The position numbers were made by a program, and so were the translations under genes. DNA of 64,000 bases, taken from NCBI GenBank assembly GCA_963705305.1, contig OY970067.1:800001-864000 (forward strand). The letters run 5' to 3'. Numbering within the stretch: the first letter of the stretch is position 1; every line of letters starts with the position of its first letter. The notes beneath the pieces are model-generated. The model did not search any database. It was not told the origin of the DNA and saw nothing but the letters and a program-made list of their open reading frames with translations. This DNA comes from an uncultured Methylomirabilota bacterium. Its GTDB lineage: Bacteria > Methylomirabilota > Methylomirabilia > Methylomirabilales > 2-02-FULL-66-22. Shown in pieces: positions 1-10,413 of this stretch.

Positions 1-861
1 GTAAATGCCTTTGATCAACAAGCCCTTGAAGATGACGTCATCCCAGTTGATGGTCGCTCCGCCCGGGAGGATGCCCAGGAGCGCGATGCGACCCCCGTGG
101 GCCATGTTGGCCAGCATGCCGGCCAGGGCGGCGGGGCTGCCGGACATCTCCATGCCGACGTCGAAGCCCTCGTGCATCCCCAACTCCCGCTGGATGTCCG
201 GCAGGCTCTCGCGCCGGGCGTCCACCATGCGGGTGGCCCCCAGCCGCCCGGCTAGCTCCAGCCGGTAGGGATTGAGGTCCGTGACGACGACATGGCGGGC
301 CCCGACGTGACGGGCGATGGCAGCGGCCATGCAGCCGATCGGTCCGGCCCCGGTGATCAGGATGTCCTCGCCCACGAGGTCGAAGGACAGGGCGGTATGG
401 GTGGCATTCCCCAGGGGATCGAAGTACGCCAGGAGCTCCAGGGGGATGCCGGGGGCCGCGCCCCAGACGTTCGCGGCCGGTATGCAGATGTAGTCCGCAA
501 AGGCTCCGGGCCGGTTCACGCCTACCCCGGCCGTGTGCGCACAGAGGTGCCGCCGCCCGGCCAGGCAGTTCCGGCAGAGGCCGCAGACGATGTGCCCTTC
601 GCCGCTGACCACGTCCCCGGGCTTGAAGCTCCGCACATTGGTCCCGACCGCCGCCACCGTCCCCGCGAACTCGTGCCCGATCACCAGCGGGGGCAGGATC
701 GTGCGCCGGGCCCAGTCGTTCCACTCGTAGATGTGGACATCGGTGCCGCAAATGGCGGTCTTGTGGATCCGGATGAGGACGTCGTTGACCCCTGGCTCCG
801 GGATCGGAACGTCCTCCAGCCGGAGGCCCGGCTCCGGCCGCACTTTCACGATCGCCCGCAT
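1..861 (-). CDS. tdh: L-threonine 3-dehydrogenase, 3' end cut off by window edge
   Basis: Manual minus-strand translation from ATG at 861: [13 protein letters not shown]...[19 protein letters not shown]...VIGHEFAG, a Zn-dehydrogenase with a Tdh-type N-terminus. Not in the ORF track because it has no stop in the window. Confidence 0.9.
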   Translation of the reverse strand, partial: MRAIVKVRPEPGLRLEDVPIPEPGVNDVLIRIHKTAICGTDVHIYEWNDWARRTILPPLVIGHEFAGTVAAVGTNVRSFKPGDVVSGEGHIVCGLCRNCLAGRRHLCAHTAGVGVNRPGAFADYICIPAANVWGAAPGIPLELLAYFDPLGNATHTALSFDLVGEDILITGAGPIGCMAAAIARHVGARHVVVTDLNPYRLELAGRLGATRMVDARRESLPDIQRELGMHEGFDVGMEMSGSPAALAGMLANMAHGGRIALLGILPGGATINWDDVIFKGLLIKGIY

Positions 862-1066
862 GCTCCCCATGTCCCGGCCTCCCCTGGTTCACGTTGCGGC
901 AGGCTCTCCCCCTGCACTCGAGTGCAGCTTCCGGGCACCCGGGGCAGCGTCCCCACCCGGAGGGATGGCGACCGGCCCCGGCCTCCTGCCCGCCTTGACG
1001 TCATTCCTTCCCGCCGCGCAAACGATGGCTCCACATGAAACGGATTGTCAAGGGGAATACAGGCCA

Positions 1067-1290
1067 ATGCCCCCCACCCATCTTTACAGGGGCGGCGTCA
1101 ACACCCAGCACACCCTGCCGTTCGGCACCCCCGACCAGGTGCGGCGAGAGGTCTTGGAGCGGTGCGAGATCTTTATCCAGGGGGGGGCGGGTTCGTGTTC
1201 AACGCCATCCATTGCATCCAGGCCGACACGCCCGTGCAGAATATCGTGGCCATGCTGGAAGCGGTCAAGGTCTTCAGCGGCGTGGTCTAA
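1067..1290 (+). pseudogene. C-terminal remnant of a uroporphyrinogen decarboxylase (URO-D)-family protein
   Basis: GGVNTQHTLPFGTPDQVRREVLERCEIF in one frame continues as GGGFVFNAIHCIQADTPVQNIVAMLEAV in another. The shift is near the G8 run at 1180-1187; no N-terminal part is present. Confidence 0.7.
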
Positions 1291-1414
1291 ATCGTCCGGG
1301 CGCCCGAAAAATCGCTAGAGGTTTTTCCGGCGCTGAGGTAACGTGGTGCGGACAAGGAGGGCAGCGGACACGGCGTCTCCCTCCTTTGCTGCGAGGATCC
1401 TGTAAGGAGGCGAT

Positions 1415-1633
1415 ATGGCACCCAGCTCTCGCCAGCACAAAGGCGTCAAGCGCCGCAAGGAGCTCGACCGACAGGCCCGCCAGAAGGAAAAGCGCGAACG
1501 GAGGGCGGAACGGAAGTCCGAGACAGTGGGCGGCGGTCCCCCCATCGACTGGGAGGCCGCCGAGGCGGGCCCCACAGCGGATGCGGCGCCCAAGCCCGCG
1601 CCCGAGGACTCGCAGGAGCCGCAGACTCCCTGA
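1415..1633 (+). CDS. small hypothetical protein, basic N-terminus and acidic C-terminus
   Basis: 72-aa ORF with AAGGAGG RBS just upstream. Confidence 0.65.
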   Translation: MAPSSRQHKGVKRRKELDRQARQKEKRERRAERKSETVGGGPPIDWEAAEAGPTADAAPKPAPEDSQEPQTP

Positions 1634-1731
1634 CGCGGGGGTGAGACGCCTGTCGCCTGGGCCGAATGCTCCCGCGCCGCCTCGTTGTGGACACGGCAGG
1701 GCCGGGCCTATCGGCGAAGGAGCAGTGGCCG

Positions 1732-2787
1732 TCAGGACCACACCCCCGGGATGGCCGCTCCGCAGCCCGGACAGCTGCCGGCCCCGGCCAGGCGGTTGGC
1801 CAGGACACGAAATCCCAGCCGTTCAATCAGAAGCAACCCGCAGGCGGGACAGAAGGTGTTTTCCAGCGAGCCCGTCCGCCCGGGGATATTCCCGGCATAG
1901 ACGAAGCGCAACCCCTCGGCCCGCCCGATCTCGGCAGCCGTCGCCAGCGCTCTGGCGGGGGTCCACCCCTGGTTGGTCATTTTGTAGTCCGGGTGGAATG
2001 CGGTTACGTGCCAGGGGATGTCCCGCGAGACTCCCGCCAGGAAGCGGGCGATCCCCCGGAACTCCGCCTCGCTGTCGTTCCAGCCCGGTACGATCAGGGT
2101 GACCACCTCCAGCCAGAAATCCTTCTGGACGAGGAGGCGGATCGTCTCCAGCACCGTCTCCAGCTTTCCGCCCAGCTTCCGGTAGTGCTTGTCGTCGAAC
2201 CCCTTCAGGTCCACTTTGTACAGGTCCACCCACGGCTTGAGGTAGTCCAGGACCTCCGGGGTGGCGTTGCCGTTGCTGACGTAGGCGGTCTTCAGGCCCT
2301 GCTCCTTGGCCGCCCTGAATACCGTGACCGCCCATTCGCTCGTGATCAGGGGCTCGTTGTAGGTGCTGGTGATCACCGGTGCGCGGGCGCGGACGGCGTG
2401 CCGGACGATCTCCTCGGCCGAGACCCGGGCCGGACGCGCGACGGCCTCCACATCCCGGATGGCCTGCGAGGTGAGCCAGTTCTGGCAGTAGCCGCAGTGA
2501 TAGTCGCAGCCCAGCATCCCGAACGAGAGGGTGGCCGCCCCCGGCAGGGCGTGGAAGAAGGGCTTCTTCTCGATCGGATCGAGCTGGAGGGAGGTGGCCA
2601 CGTAGCCGGCGGGAACGTAGAGTCTGCCCTCCCGGTTAAAGCGCACCTTGCATACGCCATCCCGCCCCTCCGGGATCAGGCAGCGGTGCCCGCAGGCAAA
2701 GCAGCGGACCCGCCGATCCGGAAGCCGCTCGTACAGCTCCCCCTCGGTCGTCCATTGATCCAGCAGGTCTTTCAAGGTGGTCGCCAT
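1732..2787 (-). CDS. amrS: AmmeMemoRadiSam system radical SAM enzyme
   Basis: N-terminal CFACGHRC...CKVR, DPIEKKP, radical SAM CxxxCxxC (CDYHCGYCQN), C-terminal CPAC/CPGC. Confidence 0.9.
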   Translation of the reverse strand: MATTLKDLLDQWTTEGELYERLPDRRVRCFACGHRCLIPEGRDGVCKVRFNREGRLYVPAGYVATSLQLDPIEKKPFFHALPGAATLSFGMLGCDYHCGYCQNWLTSQAIRDVEAVARPARVSAEEIVRHAVRARAPVITSTYNEPLITSEWAVTVFRAAKEQGLKTAYVSNGNATPEVLDYLKPWVDLYKVDLKGFDDKHYRKLGGKLETVLETIRLLVQKDFWLEVVTLIVPGWNDSEAEFRGIARFLAGVSRDIPWHVTAFHPDYKMTNQGWTPARALATAAEIGRAEGLRFVYAGNIPGRTGSLENTFCPACGLLLIERLGFRVLANRLAGAGSCPGCGAAIPGVWS

Positions 2788-2847
2788 GATGCTCCTCGCC
2801 CGGGCCCGACGCGCCTTCCTTCCGGAAGCGCACGGATCCCCAGGGCG

Positions 2848-3168
2848 TCACGAGACGGGCGGATCCTCGGTCGTGCGCCGGAGGTGCGGCTTCCCCGGCG
2901 GGTCGGTGATCTGGAGGAGGGCCCGCCTCGCCTCTTCCCGGCCCTGTCGCAAGAGCCGCCCCCGGGAGATGGCAAAGCGCAGGAGCCGCCCGTCCGGCGT
3001 CTCCCGCTGGAGGTGGTCGATGAGGTCCTTATAGCGGATGGTGGTGTCTCCGGAGGCGGCAAATACCCGGTCCGGGTCCACCCGTTCCACCTCCAACCAG
3101 CGCTTCACCTCCGCCACGGCCTCCTCCAGGCTTACCAGCGGCACCTCCTCCGGCTCTGGCTCTGTCAT
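2848..3168 (-). CDS. hypothetical protein
   Basis: 106-aa ORF with protein-like composition, co-oriented upstream of amrS. Confidence 0.65.
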   Translation of the reverse strand: MTEPEPEEVPLVSLEEAVAEVKRWLEVERVDPDRVFAASGDTTIRYKDLIDHLQRETPDGRLLRFAISRGRLLRQGREEARRALLQITDPPGKPHLRRTTEDPPVS

Positions 3169-3405
3169 CCTGGCCTCGTTTCCGGCTTCGGCCGACGGCT
3201 CGCGGTCTCGCCGTCTCTCATCCGCAGTTCGTCCGCCTGCGGGCGGCCCGCGGCATCCCTGCCCCTGCCCTCGACACGCGAGACCCCGTGGATTCTATTC
3301 TAGGAAGCCACGGGGGCCTGGGCAAGTGCAATTCCCACCTAGCCTTGGAAAGCCCTACTTGAGATGTTATAGTTCATTTCTAGCAACCTGCCGCTGGAGG
3401 GGGAG

Positions 3406-3645
3406 ATGCCGACCGCAGAGGAACTGGAGGAGGAAGATTGCCGTATCCGCCAGCTGCGGGTCGCAGTAGGTCTCGCCCTGAGCGCGATCGCGCAGAGCGA
3501 CATGAGCCTGGAGCAGGCCCAGGAGATGGTGACGGCCGCCCGCGGTCTGGCGCTCCGCCTGTTCCCGGGAAAAGATCTGGCATTCGACCTGATCTATCTT
3601 CCGCGATTCCGCCGACTCCTCGCCGAGCGGTACCGGCTGCACTGA
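3406..3645 (+). CDS. small helical hypothetical protein
   Basis: 79-aa ORF with GGAGGGGGAG RBS; C-terminus LFPGKDLAFDLIYLPRFRRLLAERY. Confidence 0.75.
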   Translation: MPTAEELEEEDCRIRQLRVAVGLALSAIAQSDMSLEQAQEMVTAARGLALRLFPGKDLAFDLIYLPRFRRLLAERYRLH

Positions 3646-3694
3646 CGGGTATCCGGAAGACGCGCCCGGCCGCGGCGGCCCGGGGCGCGGCTAG

Positions 3695-4696
3695 ATGGGT
3701 GGCCGGATGCGTGCGGAGCCCGCTGCAGGGCACCAGTCCCGCAATGCCTTGGACGCCGATCGGCGGCTCTCGCCAGGCCCCGCCGATGGAGACGTCATCC
3801 GGCCCGGCCCGGCCTCCCGTGCGGCCGTCCGACTGGGGGCCCACATGTCCATCGCCGGCGGGCTGGACCGGGCGCTGCTCCGCGGGCAAGAGGTCGGCTG
3901 CGACACCATCCAGGTGTTCACCAAAAGCAACCGGCAGTGGCGCGCCAAGCCGCTGGCGGAGCGGGAGGTGGCGGCCTTCCGGGCGGCGCTGGACGCCACC
4001 GGCATCCACCCGGTGGTGGCGCACGACTGCTACCTGCTCAACCTGGCCGCGCCGCGCGCGCCGGTGTGGAAGCGGTCCGTGGCCGCCTTTCGCATCGAGC
4101 TGGATCGGGCCGAACGCCTGGGCATCCCATACCTGGTCACCCATCCGGGCTCGCACGGCGGCGCCGGCGAGGCCGAGGGCGCCGCCCGCGTGGCGGAGGC
4201 GCTCAATGTGCTGCATGCCGCCCTGCCCCGGCACCGGGTGCAGGTCCTGCTGGAAACGACCGCCGGCCAGGGCAGCAGCCTGGGGCACCGGTTCGAGCAG
4301 CTGGCCGGCATCCTGGACGGGGTGGAGGAGGCGGAACGGGTGGGGATCTGCCTGGACACCTGCCACCTGTTCGCCGCCGGCTATGACCTGGCCTCCGATG
4401 CGGGATATCGCCGGACCATGCGGGAGCTGGCAGACTGTCTCGGCCTGTCGCGCGTGAAGGCTGTCCACCTCAACGACTCGCAGCAGGGTCTGGGCAGCCG
4501 CGTGGATCGTCATGCGCACATCGGCGAGGGGCGGCTGGGGCTGGGGGCGTTTCGCCGCCTCCTGAACGATCCCGGCCTTCGCGGCCTCCCCATGATTCTG
4601 GAGACCCCCAAGGACGGGGATTTCATCGCCGCCGATCGGCGGAACTTGGCGCGCCTGCGAGGGCTCCTGGGCGGGGCCCGGCGCCAGCGGGGGTGA
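3695..4696 (+). CDS. nfo: endonuclease IV; true start probably further downstream, near 3800-3840
   Basis: GAHMSIAGG, HDCYLLNL, HPGSH, LETTAGQG, CLDTCHLFAAGYD, HLNDS, DRHAHIGEG, ILETP motifs. Confidence 0.95.
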   Translation: MGGRMRAEPAAGHQSRNALDADRRLSPGPADGDVIRPGPASRAAVRLGAHMSIAGGLDRALLRGQEVGCDTIQVFTKSNRQWRAKPLAEREVAAFRAALDATGIHPVVAHDCYLLNLAAPRAPVWKRSVAAFRIELDRAERLGIPYLVTHPGSHGGAGEAEGAARVAEALNVLHAALPRHRVQVLLETTAGQGSSLGHRFEQLAGILDGVEEAERVGICLDTCHLFAAGYDLASDAGYRRTMRELADCLGLSRVKAVHLNDSQQGLGSRVDRHAHIGEGRLGLGAFRRLLNDPGLRGLPMILETPKDGDFIAADRRNLARLRGLLGGARRQRG

Positions 4697-5688
4697 TGAT
4701 GATCGAGATGCGGCAGGATCCCACCACGCGAAACTGGATCCTGATCGGACAGTCGGGGCAGGCGACCCCGCCCGACCCGCCCTCCGAGCTGTGCCCGTTC
4801 TGCCCCGGCAACGAGGCGCACACGCCGCCCTCCGTGGCGGTCATCACCGGCAGCGACGGCCTCTGGCGCGTCCGCGCCTTTCCCGACAAGCGGCCGGTCT
4901 TCCAGGTCGAGGGGGATCTGGACCGGGCCGGCGAGGGCCTCTACGACCGGATGCGCAATGTGGGCGCGCACGAGGTCGTGGTCGAGACCCGCGAGCATGC
5001 CGTGACCCTGCCCCACCTCAGTGTCGAGGATGTCTCCTGCGTCCTCCAGATGTTCCGCACGCGCATCCGGGATCTGAAGAACGACCTGCGGCTGCGCTAC
5101 ATCCAGATCTTCAAGAATCAGGGCCGGCTGGCCGGGTCGCGGATCTCGCACGCCCACGCCCACCTGGTGGCGACCCCCGTCCTGCCCCGCCGCCTGGAGG
5201 CCGAGCTGCGGTGGAGCAAGCAGCACTACGACCTGAAGGAGCGGTGTCTGTACTGCGACATGATCCGGCAAGAGCTGGAGCAGGGGGCGCGGCTGGTGGA
5301 GCGGACCGGGGACTTCGTCGCCTTCTGCCCCTTTGCCCCGCGCTTCGCCTTCGAGACCTGGCTGTTCCCGGTGTCCCATGCCCACCGCTTCGAGGATCAG
5401 GACGACGCGGCGCTCCTGCGGCTGGCCGCCATCTTCAGGCGGACGCTCGCCCGGGTGGAGCAGATGCTCCCCGACCACAGCGTCGTCTTGCACACGGCCC
5501 CCAACGAGCAGTCCCCGCCCATCTGGGGCCTCCCCTGGGAGTCCTTGCCGCTGGACTTTCACTGGCACATCGAGATCCTGCCGCGTCGGGCGGAGGTGGC
5601 GCGTCTGCACCGGGAGGAGGAGTTTTACGTCAATCCCGTCCCCCCGGAGGAGGCCGCAGAGCGCCTGCGCGGCGTGCTGGTGGACTGA
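4693..5688 (+). CDS. GalT-like nucleotidyltransferase/HIT-superfamily protein with variant active site
   Basis: CPFCPGNE, GAHEVVVET, FKNQG, CLYCD, HWHIEILP. The active-site motif reads HAHAHL instead of HxHxQ. Confidence 0.85.
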   Translation: MMMIEMRQDPTTRNWILIGQSGQATPPDPPSELCPFCPGNEAHTPPSVAVITGSDGLWRVRAFPDKRPVFQVEGDLDRAGEGLYDRMRNVGAHEVVVETREHAVTLPHLSVEDVSCVLQMFRTRIRDLKNDLRLRYIQIFKNQGRLAGSRISHAHAHLVATPVLPRRLEAELRWSKQHYDLKERCLYCDMIRQELEQGARLVERTGDFVAFCPFAPRFAFETWLFPVSHAHRFEDQDDAALLRLAAIFRRTLARVEQMLPDHSVVLHTAPNEQSPPIWGLPWESLPLDFHWHIEILPRRAEVARLHREEEFYVNPVPPEEAAERLRGVLVD

Positions 5689-5767
5689 GCGTTTCGCCGG
5701 GAGCGTCGGGCGCCGGCCCGGCCCCCGCGGCATTCACCGGATCGACGGCTAGTGACAGGAGACCATC

Positions 5768-6772
5768 GTGACACGTTCTCGCATCTCCCGCGTGCATCCC
5801 CGGGCCGGCGTCGAAGGCGGATGGGTGTCGATCCTGGGCGAAGGCTTGTGCCAGCCCGAGGTGGGCCAGCCGGTGCCGCGCTTCAACGGCGTCGAGAGTC
5901 GCCCCCGGATTGCCACGGCGGCCAGGATCGTGGCTCCCATCCCCGAAGGGGCGACGTCCGGGGCCCTCTCCCTGGCCTGGCCGGAGACGGTCGTCGGCGG
6001 CCCCAACGTCGTCATCGCGGAAAAGCTGGCCGACGAGCTGCACCCCGTGGCCAATCCGGTCCTGGACCCGCAGGGGAACATCTACACCACCTTCAGCGGA
6101 ACCCGGGGCCAGGCCGCCCCGGGGGGCGTCTCCGTGTTCCGGATCCTCCCGGAGGGCGGCTCCGAGCCCTACCTGAGCGACCTCATGAACCCTACCGGCC
6201 TGGCGGTGGATCCGCAGGGCGCGCTGTTCATCTCGTGCCGGAACGATGGGACCATCCGCAAGGTCGTGGCCCCGGGCCAGACAGAGCAGGTCATCGACGG
6301 CATGGGGATCGCCACCGGTATCACCTTCGACCGGGCCGGAACGCTCTATGTGGGGGACCGCAGCGGGGGAATCTTTGCCGTGGAGCCGCAAGGCTCCACG
6401 CGCCGATTCGCCAAGCTCCCGGCCAGCGTGGCGGCCTACCACCTGGCCTTCGGACCGGACGATTGCCTGTACGTCACGGCGCCGACTCTGTCCAACGACG
6501 ACCCCGTGTACCGGATTAGTCCGTCCGGGAACGTGTCGCGCTTCTTCGAGCATCTGGCCAGGCCCCAGGGCCTGGCGTTCGACCCGGAGGGGGACCTGCT
6601 CGTCGTCGCCATCTACCGCGGCGAGCGTGGGATCTTCCGGCTGGGATCCGATGGCGCGGCCGAGCTGGTCGTGGCGGGAGAGAACCTGGTGGGGCTGGCC
6701 TGCGACCACCGGGGCACCATGTACATCACCAGCGGAAACGCCATCTACCGCCTGCCCTGGCCCGCCAGCTGA
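5768..6772 (+). CDS. NHL/SMP-30-type beta-propeller protein with N-terminal IPT/TIG-like segment
   Basis: Repeated PTGLAVD/ATGITFD/HLAFGPD/PQGLAFD blades. Confidence 0.8.
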   Translation: MTRSRISRVHPRAGVEGGWVSILGEGLCQPEVGQPVPRFNGVESRPRIATAARIVAPIPEGATSGALSLAWPETVVGGPNVVIAEKLADELHPVANPVLDPQGNIYTTFSGTRGQAAPGGVSVFRILPEGGSEPYLSDLMNPTGLAVDPQGALFISCRNDGTIRKVVAPGQTEQVIDGMGIATGITFDRAGTLYVGDRSGGIFAVEPQGSTRRFAKLPASVAAYHLAFGPDDCLYVTAPTLSNDDPVYRISPSGNVSRFFEHLARPQGLAFDPEGDLLVVAIYRGERGIFRLGSDGAAELVVAGENLVGLACDHRGTMYITSGNAIYRLPWPAS

Positions 6773-6828
6773 TCCCTGCGCCGCCCGGAGAGCGCCCGGC
6801 GCCCGAAGATCCGGAGGAGGTTGCGTTC

Positions 6829-9726
6829 ATGCCCGATACGGCCGCCGCCGAGATGGCGGCGTTGACTCACGAGCTCACGAAGCACATCACGGGCGAGGTC
6901 CGCTTCGACCCGATGACCAAGGTGCTCTACAGCACCGACGCCAGCATCTACGAGATCGAGCCGCTGGGGGTCGTGCTTCCCAGGACGACGGAGGACGTCC
7001 TCGCCGCCGTGGAGATCTGCGCCCGCTACGGCGTGCCCATGCTCCCCCGCGGGGGCGGGACGGCCCTGAGCGGCCAATCCGTGGGCCGGGCGGTTCACCT
7101 GGACATGTCCAAGTACCTCAACAAGGTGCTGGAGGTGAACCTCGAAGCGCGCTGGGCCCGCGTGCAGCCCGGCGTGGTCTTGGACGAGCTGAACGCCGAG
7201 CTCCGCCCCCACGGCCTCTGGTTCGCGCCGGATGTCTCCCCCAGCAACCGGGCCACCCTGGGCGGCATGATGGGGAACAACTCGTCGGGGGCCCGATCCA
7301 TCGTGTACGGGAAGACCATCGATCACGTCCTGGAGCAGCAGGCGGTCCTGGCCGACGGGACCCGCATCGCGGCGCGCAGCCTCTCCGCCGACGAGCTCGG
7401 GAGGGCTCTGGAGGCCCCCACCCGCGAGGGGGACATCGTCCGGGCGGTCCGGCGTCTGGCCGACACCCACCGCGAGGAGATCCTGCGGCGCTATCCCAAG
7501 ATCATGCGCCGGGTGGGAGGCTACAACCTGGACGAGTTCGTCAACGGGAAGCCGTTCAACCTGGCGCGCATCCTGGTCGGTTCCGAGGGGACGCTGGCCA
7601 CGGTCCTGGAGGCCAGGATCAACCTGGTGCGGCGCCCCAGGCCCACCGAGACCGCCTTGATGGTCGTCCACTTCCCGGACATGTTCCAGGCCCTGGACGC
7701 CGGCCCCGAGATCCTGACCACGGGCCCGTCGGCGGTGGAATTCACGGACAAGTACATCCTCGACCTCAGCCGCTCCACGCTGGAGTACGCCCGCCAGCTG
7801 ACCTTCGTGGAGGGCGACCCCGGGGCGCTCCTGGTGGTGGAGTACACCGGGGAGACCCCGGGCGAGCTGGCGGCCAAGCTGGATCGGCTGGAATCCCGCC
7901 TCCGGCGCGAGAAGATCGGCATCGCCTATACCCGGGCCCTGACCGCCGAGGAGCAGCAGCGGGTATGGAAGGTGCGCAAGGTGGGTATGGGGCTCCTCCT
8001 GGGGATGAAGGGGGACCGCAAGCCGATCGCGGGGATCGAGGACACGGCCGTGGCGCCCGAGCGGCTGGCGGAGTACGTCCGCCGGATGGACGGCATCATC
8101 CGCGGCCACGGGGCGCGGGCCGCCTATTACGGACACGCCTCGGTGGGCTGTCTCCATGTCCGGCCCATCATCGACCTCAAGCAGGACCTCGAGGTGGAGC
8201 AGTTCCGCGCCATCTGCACCGAGGTGTGCGACCTGGTGATGGAGTTCGGCGGGGCCATGAGCGCCGAGCACGGGGACGGGCTGTCCCGCTCCTGCTGGAA
8301 CGAGAAGCTGTTCGGCCCCACGGTCTATCAGGCCTTCCGCGAGCTGAAGGCCGCCTTCGATCCCCGGAAGCTGATGAATCCCGGCAAGATCGTGGACGCG
8401 CCGTCCATGATCGAGAATCTCCGGTACGGGGGAAAGTACCGGACGCGCCAGCTCAAGACCGTCTTCAGCTTCGCGCGCGAGGGGGGCCTCGATCGCGCCA
8501 TCGAGATGTGCAGCGGGGCGGCCGTGTGCCGGAAGAAGCTGGAAGGGACCATGTGCCCCTCCTACATGGCCACGCTGGAGGAGGAGCACTCGACGCGCGG
8601 GCGGGCCAACGCCCTGCGGGCCGCCCTCAACGGCCACCTGCCGGCCGAGGCCCTGACCAGCCGGCGCATGTACGAGGTCATGGATCTCTGTCTGGAGTGC
8701 AAGGGCTGCAAGGCCGAGTGCCCCTCCAGCGTGGACATGGCCAAGCTCAAGTACGAGTTTCTGGCCCAGTACTACGCGCGCCACGGGACGCCCTTGCGGG
8801 CGAGGGTCTTCGGGAATGTCGAGCGGTTGAACCGTCTGGGCTGCGCCTTCGCCCCCGTGTCCAACTGGGTGATGGGCAGCGCGCCGGCCCGCTGGGCCCT
8901 CGATCGCTTCCTGGGCATCCACCGGAACCGGCGCCTGCCGCCCTTCGCCGCCCAGACCTTCGACCGCTGGTTCGCCTCCAGGGGCGGCCGCCGCCCCGCG
9001 GCGAGCCGGGGTCCGGTGGTCCTCTTCAACGACACCTACATGACCTACAACTACCCGGAGATCGGCAAGGCCGCCGTCAAGGTCCTGGAGTCCGCCGGCT
9101 TCGAGGTGATCCTCCCGGACAAGAAATGCTGCGGCCGCCCCCTGATCTCCAAGGGGCTGATCCGGCAGGCCAAGGCCAATGCCGCGTACAACGTGGACCG
9201 GCTCTTCCGGTACGCTTCCCAGGGCATCCCCATCGTCGGCTGCGAGCCGAGCTGCATCCTGACCTTCCGCGACGAGTACCCCGACCTCCTGGACGATCCG
9301 CGCGCCGGGCAGCTGGCCAAGCACGTCCTCCTGATGGAGGAATTTCTGGTGGGTCTGGAAGAGCGCGGGGAGCTCGACCTGCCGTTCGCCCGGGGCGTCA
9401 AGTCGCTTTTGGTGCACGGCCACTGCCACCAGAAGGCCCTGGTCGGGACCGCCCCCAGCCTGCAGGTGCTCCGCATGCTGCCGGGGGTCACGGTGGAGGA
9501 GGTGGATTCGGGATGCTGCGGCATGGCCGGCTCCTTCGGATACGAGAAGGAGCACTACGATCTCTCGCTGGCCATCGGCAGCCGCCGCCTGTTCCCCGCC
9601 GTCAAGGCCAAGGGCCCCGACTGGGACGTGGTGGCCGCCGGGATCTCCTGCCGGCAGCAGATCGCCCATGGCACCGGGCGGCGGGCCCGCCACCTGGTGG
9701 AGGTGCTGGCGGAGGCGCTGGCATAG
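6829..9726 (+). CDS. FAD-binding and Fe-S oxidoreductase (GlcD/YdiJ-like 2-hydroxyacid dehydrogenase fusion)
   Basis: YSTDASIY, PRGGGT, GSEGTL, AEHGDG, CLECKGCKAECP, CCG domains. Confidence 0.92.
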   Translation: MPDTAAAEMAALTHELTKHITGEVRFDPMTKVLYSTDASIYEIEPLGVVLPRTTEDVLAAVEICARYGVPMLPRGGGTALSGQSVGRAVHLDMSKYLNKVLEVNLEARWARVQPGVVLDELNAELRPHGLWFAPDVSPSNRATLGGMMGNNSSGARSIVYGKTIDHVLEQQAVLADGTRIAARSLSADELGRALEAPTREGDIVRAVRRLADTHREEILRRYPKIMRRVGGYNLDEFVNGKPFNLARILVGSEGTLATVLEARINLVRRPRPTETALMVVHFPDMFQALDAGPEILTTGPSAVEFTDKYILDLSRSTLEYARQLTFVEGDPGALLVVEYTGETPGELAAKLDRLESRLRREKIGIAYTRALTAEEQQRVWKVRKVGMGLLLGMKGDRKPIAGIEDTAVAPERLAEYVRRMDGIIRGHGARAAYYGHASVGCLHVRPIIDLKQDLEVEQFRAICTEVCDLVMEFGGAMSAEHGDGLSRSCWNEKLFGPTVYQAFRELKAAFDPRKLMNPGKIVDAPSMIENLRYGGKYRTRQLKTVFSFAREGGLDRAIEMCSGAAVCRKKLEGTMCPSYMATLEEEHSTRGRANALRAALNGHLPAEALTSRRMYEVMDLCLECKGCKAECPSSVDMAKLKYEFLAQYYARHGTPLRARVFGNVERLNRLGCAFAPVSNWVMGSAPARWALDRFLGIHRNRRLPPFAAQTFDRWFASRGGRRPAASRGPVVLFNDTYMTYNYPEIGKAAVKVLESAGFEVILPDKKCCGRPLISKGLIRQAKANAAYNVDRLFRYASQGIPIVGCEPSCILTFRDEYPDLLDDPRAGQLAKHVLLMEEFLVGLEERGELDLPFARGVKSLLVHGHCHQKALVGTAPSLQVLRMLPGVTVEEVDSGCCGMAGSFGYEKEHYDLSLAIGSRRLFPAVKAKGPDWDVVAAGISCRQQIAHGTGRRARHLVEVLAEALA

Positions 9727-9771
9727 GAGTCGCCGGGGGTGGCCCGCGGCCCGCTCGGGGAGGGGAACGTG

Positions 9772-10413
9772 ATGTGGTTCTTCACGCACAAGAGCGAGCG
9801 ACCCGCGACGAAGGAGGAGGCGCTGCCCGGCCGCGCCGAGCGCATGACCGTATCCGCGGCCCATACCGTGAACGGCCATCGGCTGGAGCCGCCCTTCCCT
9901 CAAGGGCTGGAAACCGCCCTGTTCGGCATGGGCTGCTTCTGGGGGGCCGAGCGGCTGTTCTGGCAGCAGAAGGGAGTCTATTCCACGGCGGTCGGCTACG
10001 CCGGGGGTTTCACCCCCAATCCCACCTACGAGGAGGTGTGCAGCGGCCGGACGGGGCATGCCGAGGTCGCGCTGGTGGTCTTCGACCCGGCGGCGACCGG
10101 CTACGAATCGCTCCTTCGCCTCTTCTGGGAGAACCACGACCCGACGCAGGGGATGCGCCAGGGCAACGACGCCGGCTCCCAGTATCGCTCCGCGATCTAC
10201 TGCAGTTCCGCCGCCCAGCGAGAGGCCGCCACAATCTCCCGCGAGAAGTACCAGCGGGCCCTCCGGCAGGCCGGGCTCGGGGCCGTCACCACCGAGATCG
10301 CCGACGCGCCCGAGTTCTACTATGCCGAGGACTACCACCAGCAGTACCTGGCCAAGAACCCCTGGGGGTACTGCGGCCATGGCGAGACCGGCGTCCGCTA
10401 TCCGGCGTCCTGA
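9772..10413 (+). CDS. msrA: peptide-methionine (S)-S-oxide reductase
   Basis: [33 protein letters not shown]. Confidence 0.97.
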   Translation: MWFFTHKSERPATKEEALPGRAERMTVSAAHTVNGHRLEPPFPQGLETALFGMGCFWGAERLFWQQKGVYSTAVGYAGGFTPNPTYEEVCSGRTGHAEVALVVFDPAATGYESLLRLFWENHDPTQGMRQGNDAGSQYRSAIYCSSAAQREAATISREKYQRALRQAGLGAVTTEIADAPEFYYAEDYHQQYLAKNPWGYCGHGETGVRYPAS

